NCBI GenBank assembly: GCA_016871275.1
Contig: VFZG01000012.1
Coordinates: 4,646 to 68,645, forward strand
DNA from: Acidimicrobiia bacterium
Lineage (GTDB): Bacteria > Acidobacteriota > Vicinamibacteria > Vicinamibacterales > UBA2999
DNA: 64,000 bases
Reading direction: 5' to 3'
Both the position numbers and the translations under genes were made by a program. The notes under the pieces are model-generated. The model was given only the letters and a program-made list of their open reading frames with translations, did no database searches and had not been told where the DNA came from. This document shows, piece by piece, positions 49,166 through 57,793 of this stretch; within the stretch, counting starts at the first letter, position 1, and the number at the start of each line of letters is the position of its first letter.

Positions 49166-50272
49166 TTGAATTCGGTGCAGGATCGAGTTTCGGCCGCGAT
49201 CATCGGCGCCTCAGGCTACACCGGAGGCGAACTGCTTCGCCTCGCCCTCGCCCACCCCAACCTCGAAGTCAGGCAGGTGACGAGCGAGCGGCTCGACGGC
49301 CAGTTCGTCCACTTCACGCATCCCAACTTACGGCCTTCGACAGGCTCAGGCCGTCCCGAGCGTGTCGAGGGACGGCGGCGCACACAGCTGAAGTTCGTGC
49401 GCGCCGAGGCGGTCGAGAAATGCGACTTGCTGTTCCTGGGGCTGCCGCACGGCAGCGCCATGGCACGCATCGATCACCTCGCGACGCTGGCCGATCGCAT
49501 TGTCGATCTCAGCGCCGACTTCCGGTTGCGCGACGCGGCGGATTACGACACCTGGTACGGCAAGCCGCACGGCAACCCGGCGTGGCTGGCGAAGTTCGTC
49601 TACGGCCTGCCGGAGCTGCATCGCCATGATTTGAAGACCGCGAACTACGTCAGCGGCGTCGGCTGCAATGCCACCGCCACGACGTTGGCCATCTGGCCGC
49701 TTGCCGCGGCTGGACTGATCGACACGTCGCGCGGGGTGATCTGCGAGGTCAAGGTCGGCAGCAGCGAAGGCGGCGCCGCGTCGAACGACTCCACGCATCA
49801 CCCGGAGCGTTCCGGCGTGATGCGGAGCTTCGCGCCAACCGGTCATCGGCACACCGCCGAAGTGCTGCAGGCCTTGAAGCTGAGAAACGTGGTCACGGAC
49901 GTCCACCTGAGCGCCACCGCGGTCGACAACGTCCGCGGCGTGCTGGCCACCGCGCACGTCTTCGTCACACCCGGCACCGCGGAGAAGGACGTGTGGAAGG
50001 CGTATCGCGAGGCCTACAACCACGAGCCGTTCGTGCGCATCGTGAAGGAGAAGACCGGCCTCTACCGGTATCCGGAACCGAAAATCCTGTCCGGCAGCAA
50101 CTACGCGGACGTCGGATTCGAGTTCGATCCGAAGACCAACCGCGTGGTCGCGCTGTGCGCCATCGACAACCTGATGAAGGGCGCAGCCGGCACCGCGCTG
50201 CAGTGCGCCAACATCATGATGGGCTGGGATGAGACGCTGGGACTCGATTTTCCGGGGTTGCATCCCATCTGA
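49166..50272 (+). CDS. lysY: N-acetyl-gamma-glutamyl-phosphate reductase-type enzyme LysY/ArgC
   Basis: IIGASGYTGGELLRL, SGVGCNATA active-site Cys. It carries a ~16-aa insertion (see findings). Confidence 0.9.
   Translation: MNSVQDRVSAAIIGASGYTGGELLRLALAHPNLEVRQVTSERLDGQFVHFTHPNLRPSTGSGRPERVEGRRRTQLKFVRAEAVEKCDLLFLGLPHGSAMARIDHLATLADRIVDLSADFRLRDAADYDTWYGKPHGNPAWLAKFVYGLPELHRHDLKTANYVSGVGCNATATTLAIWPLAAAGLIDTSRGVICEVKVGSSEGGAASNDSTHHPERSGVMRSFAPTGHRHTAEVLQALKLRNVVTDVHLSATAVDNVRGVLATAHVFVTPGTAEKDVWKAYREAYNHEPFVRIVKEKTGLYRYPEPKILSGSNYADVGFEFDPKTNRVVALCAIDNLMKGAAGTALQCANIMMGWDETLGLDFPGLHPI
49334..49381. repeat. In-frame 48-nt palindromic insertion in lysY
   Basis: It encodes PSTGSGRPERVEGRRR and contains the stem GCCGTCCC (49350-49357) / GGGACGGC (49369-49376). 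The insertion is inferred from my recollection of ArgC/LysY homologues around HPNLR. Confidence 0.5.
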
Positions 50273-50279
50273 AGAAGTC

Positions 50280-50356
50280 GGCCACGGAGACACGGAGGTT
50301 CGTTTCCTAAAATGCCTTCATCCATATTGGCTCCGTGCCTCCGTGCCTCCGTGGCC
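50280..50356 (+). other. Long-stem hairpin between lysY and lysZ (18/19 bp) built from CCTCCGTG octamers
   Basis: GGCCACGGAGACACGGAGG (50280-50298) pairs with CCTCCGTGCCTCCGTGGCC (50338-50356), with one A/C mismatch. Confidence 0.6.
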
Positions 50357-50388
50357 GCATTTGCCGCGTTTGGCGGAAGAACCCGCCA

Positions 50389-51192
50389 ATGATTGTCGTC
50401 AAGGTCGGCGGAGGCACCTCGCTCAACATCGACGCCGTCGTCGCGGACCTCGTGGCGCTTCGGGCCAGCGGCACGGAGCTGCTGCTCGTGCACGGCGGCG
50501 CGCAAACGACCAACGCCGTCGCCGACGCGCTGGGACACCCCGCTCAGTTCGTGACCAGCGAGACCGGCCACGTCAGCCGGCGCACCGACCGCCGCACGCT
50601 CGAGATCTTCGAGATGGTCTACTGCGGGCAGTTGAACAAGATGTGGGTCGAGAAGCTGCAGACCAGCGGCATCAACGCCGTCGGATTGTCGGGACTCGAC
50701 GGCCGCATCTTCGAAGGCACGCGCAAGGACACCCTGCGAATTCGCGTCGACGGCCGCCGGATGGTGCTGCGCGACGACTGGACGGGAACGGTCGAACGCG
50801 TCAATCTTGAACTCTTGAACCTGCTGATTGGCGCCGGTTACTTCCCGGTGCTCACGCCGCCGGGATCATCAACGGCCGGCGAGGCCATCAACGTCGACGG
50901 CGATCGCGCGGCTGCCATGGTGGCCGGCGCCGTCAAGGCCGACGCCCTGGTGATCCTCACCGACCAGGTGGGATTGCTCAGGACGTTCCCGGACGAATCA
51001 ACGCTGATTTCGGAGATTCCCAAGGGGCAGGCCGACCGGTTCATGGAGTTTGCCGAAGGGCGCATGAAGAAGAAGGTGATGGGCGCGGTCGAGGCCATTA
51101 ACGAGGGCGTCGGGAAGGTGATCTTCGCCGACGGCCGCACCACCGAGCCGATCACGAAAGCGCTGGCCGGATCCGGCACGCACATTTCGTAG
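50389..51192 (+). CDS. lysZ: Amino-acid kinase LysZ/ArgB
   Basis: MIVVKVGGG...LLVHGGA...NVDGDRAA. The start is an internal ATG of track ORF 50335..51192. Confidence 0.85.
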   Translation: MIVVKVGGGTSLNIDAVVADLVALRASGTELLLVHGGAQTTNAVADALGHPAQFVTSETGHVSRRTDRRTLEIFEMVYCGQLNKMWVEKLQTSGINAVGLSGLDGRIFEGTRKDTLRIRVDGRRMVLRDDWTGTVERVNLELLNLLIGAGYFPVLTPPGSSTAGEAINVDGDRAAAMVAGAVKADALVILTDQVGLLRTFPDESTLISEIPKGQADRFMEFAEGRMKKKVMGAVEAINEGVGKVIFADGRTTEPITKALAGSGTHIS

Positions 51193-51209
51193 GGCCGCAG
51201 CAGGCGCAG

Positions 51210-52397
51210 ATGGCTCAGACCACACACGCACAAATCGAAGAGCGAGTGCTCGGTGGCACCACCGCGCGCCGCGGTGACATTGTCATTGTCAGCGGCGAGG
51301 GTTGCTGGGTCTACGACGAGGACGGCAAGAAATATCTCGATCTCGGATCGGCCCAGGGCGTGGCGATGCTCGGCCACTGCCACGCCGGTGTGACCGAGGC
51401 AATCCAGGAGCAGGCAGCCACCCTGACGCTCTGCCCCAGCTATCTCTACAACGACAAGCGCGCGGAATTCGCCAAGGCGCTGGTCGACGTGCTGCCCAAG
51501 CACCTGCCACACGTGTTTCTGGCCAACAGCGGCGCCGAAGCAATCGACGGCGCGCTCAAGTTCGCTCGCTTGTTCACCAGGCGATCGGCGTTCGTCGCCA
51601 CGACCAGGGGCTTTCACGGCCGGACGATGGGTGCGCTGTCGGTGACGTGGGAGCCGAAGTATCGTGAGGGCTTCGAGCCGCTGCTCGCAACCGCGCACGT
51701 GCAGTTCAACGACGCCGCCGCGCTCGACAAGGCCGTGACCGACAAGACCGCCGCCGTGGTCCTGGAAGTGGTCCAGGGCGAGAGCGGCGTCAACATCGGC
51801 ACGCCGGATTTTCTCAAGACCGCGCAGCAGGTGTGCCGCGAGCGTGGCGCGCTGCTGATCGTCGACGAGATCCAGACCGGCTTTGGACGCACCGGCAAGT
51901 GGTTCGCGGTTGAGCACACCGGCATCGAGCCGGACATCATGTGCCTGGCCAAGGGACTCGGCGGCGGATTCCCGATGGGGGCATTCGCGTACACCAAGAC
52001 GATCAGAGAGGTCCTCACACCCGGCGCGCATGGCAGCACCTTCGGCGGCTCGCCGCTGGCTTGCGCCGCCGGCCTGGCCGCCATCCAGGCCTATCGCGAT
52101 GAGGGTCTGATCAAGCGCAGCGGCATTCTGGGCGCGAACATGCGCAACCAATTGCGGGGTGCGCTCGAAGGCGTGGCGCTGGTGCGCGACATCCGCGGAC
52201 TCGGCCTGATGATTGCGGTTGAACTGCGCACCAAGGTGGCGCCGGTGCTGAAGAGCCTGATGCTCAGCCACGGCGTGATTGCGCTGCCGGCCGGGCCGAC
52301 CGTACTGCGGCTGCTGCCTCCCCTGGTGATCACCGAGAAGGAGATCGATCTCGGTGTGCAGGCCATCGCCAAGGCGATCAAGGAATTACCGGCGTGA
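51210..52397 (+). CDS. lysJ: Class-III aminotransferase LysJ/ArgD
   Basis: [29 protein letters not shown] and [10 protein letters not shown] motifs (PLP Lys). Confidence 0.9.
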   Translation: MAQTTHAQIEERVLGGTTARRGDIVIVSGEGCWVYDEDGKKYLDLGSAQGVAMLGHCHAGVTEAIQEQAATLTLCPSYLYNDKRAEFAKALVDVLPKHLPHVFLANSGAEAIDGALKFARLFTRRSAFVATTRGFHGRTMGALSVTWEPKYREGFEPLLATAHVQFNDAAALDKAVTDKTAAVVLEVVQGESGVNIGTPDFLKTAQQVCRERGALLIVDEIQTGFGRTGKWFAVEHTGIEPDIMCLAKGLGGGFPMGAFAYTKTIREVLTPGAHGSTFGGSPLACAAGLAAIQAYRDEGLIKRSGILGANMRNQLRGALEGVALVRDIRGLGLMIAVELRTKVAPVLKSLMLSHGVIALPAGPTVLRLLPPLVITEKEIDLGVQAIAKAIKELPA

Positions 52398-53530
52398 TCG
52401 ATCGCGCAGGCGCGATTGAGCTCGTGCATGGACTCGTGGCGATTCCGTCGCTGTCCAGGCATGAGGCCGCTGCCGCGTCGTGGCTCGTCGACCAGATGCG
52501 CGCCGCCGGCTACGATCGCGCGTTCGTGGATGAGGCGGGCAACGCCGTCGGCGAGCTCGGCGAGCCGAACGCGGCCCGGACGATGGTGCTGCTCGGCCAC
52601 ATCGATACCGTCCCCGGCAACATTCCCGTTCGCATCGAGAACGCACTCCTCTATGGGCGCGGCAGCGTTGATGCCAAGGGCCCGCTGGCCACCTTTGTCG
52701 CTGGAGCCGCGCGGTTCGGATCGGCGGCGGCGAAGGCCGCAGGCATTCGAGTCGTCGTTGTCGGCGCTGTCGAAGAGGAAGCGGCGACCAGCAAAGGCGC
52801 GCGCTTCATCGCCTCGAGGTTCGACGGCAGGCACGACGTCATTCCAACGGCCTGCATCATCGGCGAACCGAGTCACTGGACCCGTGTCACGCTCGGCTAC
52901 AAGGGGCGGCTGCTGATGGACTTCACCGCCGCTCAGCCGATGGCGCACACTGCGGGGCCTGATGCGAGCGTGGCGGCCGTGGTCGTCGACTTCTGGAATT
53001 GGGTGACGGCACACGCCGCGCGCGTGAACCACGGCAAGGACAAGGTGTTCGATCAGTTGCGCCCGAGCCTGCGGCGATTCATCACCTCGACGACCGACCA
53101 GATGCACGACACGGTGGATGGGCAATTCGCATGGCGGCTTCCGGTGGGGTTTGACGCAAAGGCCTTCATGAGTGAACTGCGGGAACAGGCCGACGGGCCA
53201 ACGGGCCAACAGGCCAACAGGACGACGTTCAATTTGAAGTTTCGTGGTTACGAGAAGGCGTGGCGCGGGGATCGCAACAACGCGCTCGTCAGGAGCTTCC
53301 TGGCGGGGCTACGAACCGTGGCGCCGTCGGAGAAGCTGGGCTTCGTGTTGAAGACCGGCACCAGCGACATGAACGTCGTCGGGCCGGAATGGCAGTGTCC
53401 GATCGTCGCCTACGGTCCTGGCGACAGCTCGCTCGATCACACGCCGAACGAACACCTGCCGGTCGAGGACTACTGGAAGGCGGTCACGGTGATCGAAGAA
53501 ACGCTGACAGCGTTCAGCGCGACATCGTAA
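52394..53530 (+). CDS. lysK: M20 deacylase LysK/ArgE
   Basis: [21 protein letters not shown] metal ligands. It overlaps the lysJ stop. Confidence 0.85.
   Translation: MIDRAGAIELVHGLVAIPSLSRHEAAAASWLVDQMRAAGYDRAFVDEAGNAVGELGEPNAARTMVLLGHIDTVPGNIPVRIENALLYGRGSVDAKGPLATFVAGAARFGSAAAKAAGIRVVVVGAVEEEAATSKGARFIASRFDGRHDVIPTACIIGEPSHWTRVTLGYKGRLLMDFTAAQPMAHTAGPDASVAAVVVDFWNWVTAHAARVNHGKDKVFDQLRPSLRRFITSTTDQMHDTVDGQFAWRLPVGFDAKAFMSELREQADGPTGQQANRTTFNLKFRGYEKAWRGDRNNALVRSFLAGLRTVAPSEKLGFVLKTGTSDMNVVGPEWQCPIVAYGPGDSSLDHTPNEHLPVEDYWKAVTVIEETLTAFSATS
53195..53218. repeat. Three in-frame octamers (GGGCCAAC GGGCCAAC AGGCCAAC) inside lysK
   Basis: Read directly. It encodes GPTGQQAN. 3 x 8 = 24 nt keeps the frame. 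Confidence 0.7.
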
Positions 53531-53704
53531 CCAGCGCCGCAAAGATGTCGATCGCCGCCCGGAGGCGGCCGACGCGCAGGTTTTCGTTGATGGCGTGCTG
53601 GTGGTTGTCGAAGTTGACCACCACCAGGCCGCGAGGAGCAGCAGCAACGGCTTCATCGCGCCGTGTGTAGCATCCGCCTTCAGTCAGATTACAATTTGCG
53701 GCAG

Positions 53705-54865
53705 ATGTCCGTTTCGAAGGCCGTGAACATTGCCGATCTGCGGCGGATGGCCGAGCGCCGTCTGCCGCGCATGGTGTTTGACTACATTGACGGCGGCGCC
53801 GAGCGCGAGTGGACGCTGCGCGAGAACACGCGTGCCTTTGAGGATGTGCTGTTCCGGCCGCGCTCCGCGGTGGCCACGCCGGCCTGCGATCTCACCACCA
53901 GCGTGCTCGGGTTGCCCATCTCGATGCCACTGATCCTGGCCCCGGTCGGCAGCAGCCGCCTGTTCTACCCGCGCGGCGAAGAGGACGCGGCCGCAGCGGC
54001 AGGCAATGCCGGCACGATCTACACCCTGTCGACCCTCTCCGGCTGCCGCATGGAAGACGTCAAGCAGGCCACCAGCGGCCACGCGTTCTACCAGTTGTAT
54101 CTCTGCGGCGGCCGCGACAGCGCCTTGAGCGCGATTCATCGCGCCAAGTCTGCCGGCTACAAAGCGCTGGTCGTCACGATCGACACACCGGTCTCGGGCT
54201 TTCGCGAGCGCGATGCCCGCAACGGCATCAAGGAGCTGCTCGCCAAGAACCTGTCATCAGTGCCGCACCTCGGACAGATGATCGTCAGGCCGCGGTGGCT
54301 CTACGACTACTTCGGCGACGGCGGCCTGATGAACTTCCCCAACATCCTGATCAACGGCGAGCCGCTGGGTTACGCGGATGTCGGCGCGGTGCTCGAAGCC
54401 TCGATGACGTCGTGGCAGGACTTCGCGTGGATCCGCGAGGCGTGGGGCGGACCCATCATCGCCAAGGGCGTGCATACCGCCGACGACGCACGGCGGGCGG
54501 TGGATGCAGGCGCCGCCGCAATCGTGGTGTCCAATCACGGTGCGCGCCAGCTCGATGGCGTGGCGCCGACGATTCGCGTGTTGCCGGAAGTGGTCCGGGC
54601 CGTCAAAGGCCAGACCGAGATTCTGCTCGACGGCGGTATTCGCCGAGGCAGCGATATCGTCAAGGCCTTGTGCATGGGCGCACGCGCGGTGTTGATCGGC
54701 CGCGCCTACGCCTACGGACTAGGGGCGGGCGGGTATGCGGGCGTCGAGCGCGCGCTCCAGATCCTCAGGACCGACGTCATCCGCACCATGAAACTCCTCG
54801 GCGTGGGAGCCATCAACGACCTGGACGGTTCGTTCATCGACGTCCCGTCGGCCTGGCAACGCTGA
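53705..54865 (+). CDS. FMN-dependent alpha-hydroxy-acid oxidase/dehydrogenase (LldD/glycolate-oxidase family)
   Basis: MVFDYIDGGAE, VVTIDTP, VSNHGARQLDG, GGIRRGSD motifs. The start is ATG 53705. Confidence 0.9.
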   Translation: MSVSKAVNIADLRRMAERRLPRMVFDYIDGGAEREWTLRENTRAFEDVLFRPRSAVATPACDLTTSVLGLPISMPLILAPVGSSRLFYPRGEEDAAAAAGNAGTIYTLSTLSGCRMEDVKQATSGHAFYQLYLCGGRDSALSAIHRAKSAGYKALVVTIDTPVSGFRERDARNGIKELLAKNLSSVPHLGQMIVRPRWLYDYFGDGGLMNFPNILINGEPLGYADVGAVLEASMTSWQDFAWIREAWGGPIIAKGVHTADDARRAVDAGAAAIVVSNHGARQLDGVAPTIRVLPEVVRAVKGQTEILLDGGIRRGSDIVKALCMGARAVLIGRAYAYGLGAGGYAGVERALQILRTDVIRTMKLLGVGAINDLDGSFIDVPSAWQR

Positions 54866-54899
54866 GTTCGCCAGGCCAATTCTTTGCGGAGTTTCCGTC

Positions 54900-55817
54900 A
54901 TGTCTCTTCGGCCTGTGAAGCAAGTCATCCGTGCGACGCCGACCATGGAAGGCGCGGGCGTCAAGCTGCATCGCGGGTTCGGCTTCGGCGCCACCAGCGA
55001 GTTCGATCCGTTCCTGCTGTTCGACGATTTCCGCAACGAACGGCCCGACGATTACCTGGCCGGCTTTCCGTGGCACCCGCACCGCGGGATTGAAACGATC
55101 ACCTATGTGCTGGCGGGCACCGTCGATCACGGCGACAGCCTGGGCAATCGTGGATCGCTCGGCGCCGGCGACGTGCAGTGGATGACGGCGGGCAGCGGCA
55201 TCATGCACCAGGAGATGCCCAAGGGCGATGCGCAGGGGCGCATGCACGGCTTCCAGTTGTGGGCCAACCTGCCGAAGTCGTTGAAGATGACCGACCCGCG
55301 CTACCAGGACATTGCGGCCAGGGACGTTCCCGAAGTCGTGGATGACGACGGCACGCGCGCGCGGATCGTGGTGGGCGATTTCTGGGGCAAGCGAGGGCCG
55401 GTGGAGGGCGTGGCGGCCGATCCGCGGTACCTCGACATTTCCGTGCCGCCGAACCGAACCAGGCGCCTCCCGGTCGAGTCCTCCCGGCATGCATTCGCGT
55501 ACGTCTTCGCCGGATCGGGCACGTTCCGCGACGCGTCGAAGCCATTGCCGGTGCAGACCGAGCTGGTCGGTGTGTCGGACGATCCCACACCGTCGATGCT
55601 GGGCAACCGCTCGCTGGTCTTGTTCGACAGCGGCGACGAGATTACCGTCACCGCCGGTGAAGAAGGCATCCGCTTCCTGCTGGTCTCCGGCCGCCCGCTC
55701 GAGGAGCCGGTCGCCTGGTACGGCCCGATCGTAATGAACACCCGGGCCGAACTGCAGCAGGCGTACTCGGAATTGCAGAACGGCACGTTCATCAAACATC
55801 GCGGGCTAGCGGGCTAG
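54900..55817 (+). CDS. Pirin-family protein
   Basis: GFPWHPHRGIETITYVLAG...GDVQWMTAGSGIMHQE, the bicupin pirin signature. The stop TAG lies inside the octamer array. Confidence 0.95.
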   Translation: MSLRPVKQVIRATPTMEGAGVKLHRGFGFGATSEFDPFLLFDDFRNERPDDYLAGFPWHPHRGIETITYVLAGTVDHGDSLGNRGSLGAGDVQWMTAGSGIMHQEMPKGDAQGRMHGFQLWANLPKSLKMTDPRYQDIAARDVPEVVDDDGTRARIVVGDFWGKRGPVEGVAADPRYLDISVPPNRTRRLPVESSRHAFAYVFAGSGTFRDASKPLPVQTELVGVSDDPTPSMLGNRSLVLFDSGDEITVTAGEEGIRFLLVSGRPLEEPVAWYGPIVMNTRAELQQAYSELQNGTFIKHRGLAG

Positions 55818-55968
55818 CGGGCTAGCGGGCCAGCGGGCCAGCGGGCTAGCGGGCTAGCGGGCTAGCGGGCCAGCGGGCTAGCGGGCTAGCGGGCTAGCGG
55901 GCTAGCGGGCTAGCGGGCTAGCGGGCCAGCGGGCTAGCCTGCAGGCCTGCAGGCCTGCTAGCCTGCTT
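55801..55968. repeat. 21-unit tandem octamer array (17 x GCGGGCYA + 4 x GCCTGCNN)
   Basis: Counted unit by unit. The Y pattern is TTTCCTTTCTTTTTTCT. It spans from the pirin C-terminus to the stop codon of the NRAMP-like gene. Confidence 0.9.
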
Positions 55969-57229
55969 AGAATCTCGCGGCGACTTCCTGGTAGCCGACG
56001 GTCGCGAACAGGACCAGGATTCCGACCAGCAACAGGTTCGTCACGACCGAGTTATGCGGGACGGGCTCGGTCCACTTGACGCGGTTGTTCAGGTACAGCA
56101 TGGTCGCGGCGACAAACGGCACGAACAGACTGCTGACCACGGTGTACACAATCACCACCTGAATCGGCTGGCCCGTGAACGCAAACGGCAGCGGCACCAG
56201 GGTGATGAACAGCAGGGCAAGACGATATGGCGTGCTGGTCACCCTGACGGCGGCTTGCCGCTGCTCTGAGGACATGCCGGTGACGATGCCGTAGAGATCG
56301 GCGTAGAGGTAGGGGACGCTCTGCCAGACGCCGAGCAGTGACGCGAAGACGGCGGCCCAGAAGCCCACGGAAAACGCGATGCGGCCGAAGGTGCCCAGCA
56401 CCGTGCCGAGCGCTTCCGCCATTCGGGGCACGGCCTGGGCGTTGGTGAGCGCCTGGCCCTGCACGAAGAAGGCGTCGTTCGCGATCAGCATGATTGAGCC
56501 GCCGAAGATGGCGGTGAACAAATACGCGATGGCGATATCGCCGCGCACGAACGACAGGAACCCGGAGCCGCGCATGTTCTCTTCGCGCATCCAGTAGTTG
56601 TACGAGAGCATCGTGATGGAACCACCGACGCCGCCGATCAGCGACAGCACGTAGGTGCCGCTGCCGGCTGGAATGGTGGGCATCAGCAGGCCCTGCACGG
56701 CGGCCATCGGCTGGTTGAGCATGAAGATCGCGCAAAACAGGATGCTGAATCCCATGATGCCGACCAGGGTCTTCATCAGCTTCTCGAAGCTGTCGTAGCC
56801 GCCGTAGAACACCACCAGCCCGCCGATCAGGCTGTGCACCACCGCGCCCCACGACTGCGACAGCGCGCCGTTGGTGAGGTTCGCCATCCCCAATCCGGTG
56901 GCGTTGGTCAGTGACGCGCTCACCGACACGGTCCAGATGACGAGATAGACGCCGAAGTACCACTTCACCCAGGCCGGCAGGTACTCCGCCCAGCCTTCCA
57001 CCGCAGTCTTACCGGTGGCGAGTTGCCACCGCGCGATGCCCTCCTGCAGCACGAACTTGAAGAACGCGCCGGCCGCAATCGCCCACAACAGGACAACGCC
57101 GTAGCGGGCGCCGCCGACGGTCGCGGACACCACGTCGCCCGACCCGATGCCCGTCGCAGCGACCACGAGACCCGGCCCGGCGAGCTTGAGGAAACTGACC
57201 GTCGGCTTGTGCTGATTCATTGGCGACAC
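55967..57229 (-). CDS. NRAMP-superfamily transporter, non-canonical clade
   Basis: 420 aa, about 11 TM segments, with the NRAMP-like N-terminus GPGLVVAATGIGSGDVV. The canonical DPGN and MPHN motifs are not present by my manual alignment. Confidence 0.8.
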   Translation of the reverse strand: MSPMNQHKPTVSFLKLAGPGLVVAATGIGSGDVVSATVGGARYGVVLLWAIAAGAFFKFVLQEGIARWQLATGKTAVEGWAEYLPAWVKWYFGVYLVIWTVSVSASLTNATGLGMANLTNGALSQSWGAVVHSLIGGLVVFYGGYDSFEKLMKTLVGIMGFSILFCAIFMLNQPMAAVQGLLMPTIPAGSGTYVLSLIGGVGGSITMLSYNYWMREENMRGSGFLSFVRGDIAIAYLFTAIFGGSIMLIANDAFFVQGQALTNAQAVPRMAEALGTVLGTFGRIAFSVGFWAAVFASLLGVWQSVPYLYADLYGIVTGMSSEQRQAAVRVTSTPYRLALLFITLVPLPFAFTGQPIQVVIVYTVVSSLFVPFVAATMLYLNNRVKWTEPVPHNSVVTNLLLVGILVLFATVGYQEVAARF

Positions 57230-57283
57230 AGAGCATAGCGTTCAATTCGGGCCGGCCCACACGAACGCGCGCTGCCCGGGGGG

Positions 57284-57652
57284 CTACTTCGCGCGGGTCA
57301 TCACCCAATCCACGGTGGTGCCCATGGCGCCGGCTGCCCCGACGATCTTGTCGCCCTCGAGCTTGCCCTTCATCTCGTAGGTCATGCGACCGTCACGGTT
57401 GATCGTGAAGCTGATTTGGTCGCCCTCGATTGTGCCGTTCTCCACCGGCCAGGTGCGGCCGCCGCCCATGTCGAACTGGCCCGTGAGCGTGCTGCCCTCG
57501 GCCTTCAGCTCCACCTGCGACGTCACCGAGCCCATCTGGCTGTTCATCTCGAACACCCACTTGCCATCGACGCCCGACTGAGCCGCGGCAGCGACCAGGG
57601 TCACCGCGACGAGTAGCGCTGTCAATCCGCCTCGCATGTCCATTCCTCCCAT
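57284..57652 (-). CDS. Small secreted beta-rich hypothetical protein
   Basis: Signal peptide LTALLVAVTLVAAAAQS followed by about 95 aa. It lies between the TonB receptor and the NRAMP-like gene. Confidence 0.6.
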   Translation of the reverse strand: MGGMDMRGGLTALLVAVTLVAAAAQSGVDGKWVFEMNSQMGSVTSQVELKAEGSTLTGQFDMGGGRTWPVENGTIEGDQISFTINRDGRMTYEMKGKLEGDKIVGAAGAMGTTVDWVMTRAK

Positions 57653-57697
57653 TCGACGGGATCATCCGTCGATCGGAATCTTACACGTACAGTGAAC

Positions 57698-57734
57698 GCC
57701 CCGCGCCGGATGGCTTGTTCAGCCGGCGCGGGGC
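57698..57734 (-). terminator. GC-rich 12-bp hairpin downstream of the TonB-dependent receptor
   Basis: GCCCCGCGCCGG (57698-57709) pairs with CCGGCGCGGGGC (57723-57734). There is no U-tract. Confidence 0.4.
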
Positions 57735-57793
57735 TCAGCGGTGCTATCGAACTACCGGAACAGACCGCTCACGCGTGACACGATCTGTCCAGA

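Noticed and set aside
53513-53656. A minus-strand reading ...[36 protein letters not shown], and the track ORF 53309..53656, in the lysK/oxidase spacer.
   Set aside because: It is short and has no convincing start apart from a GTG that gives about 36 aa. It overlaps the lysK 3' end, and the track ORF is a shadow of lysK. It could be a tiny remnant, but I cannot support a call.
55801-55968. CRISPR array.
   Set aside because: The repeat units are 8 nt with no spacers, and no cas genes are nearby. It is a microsatellite.
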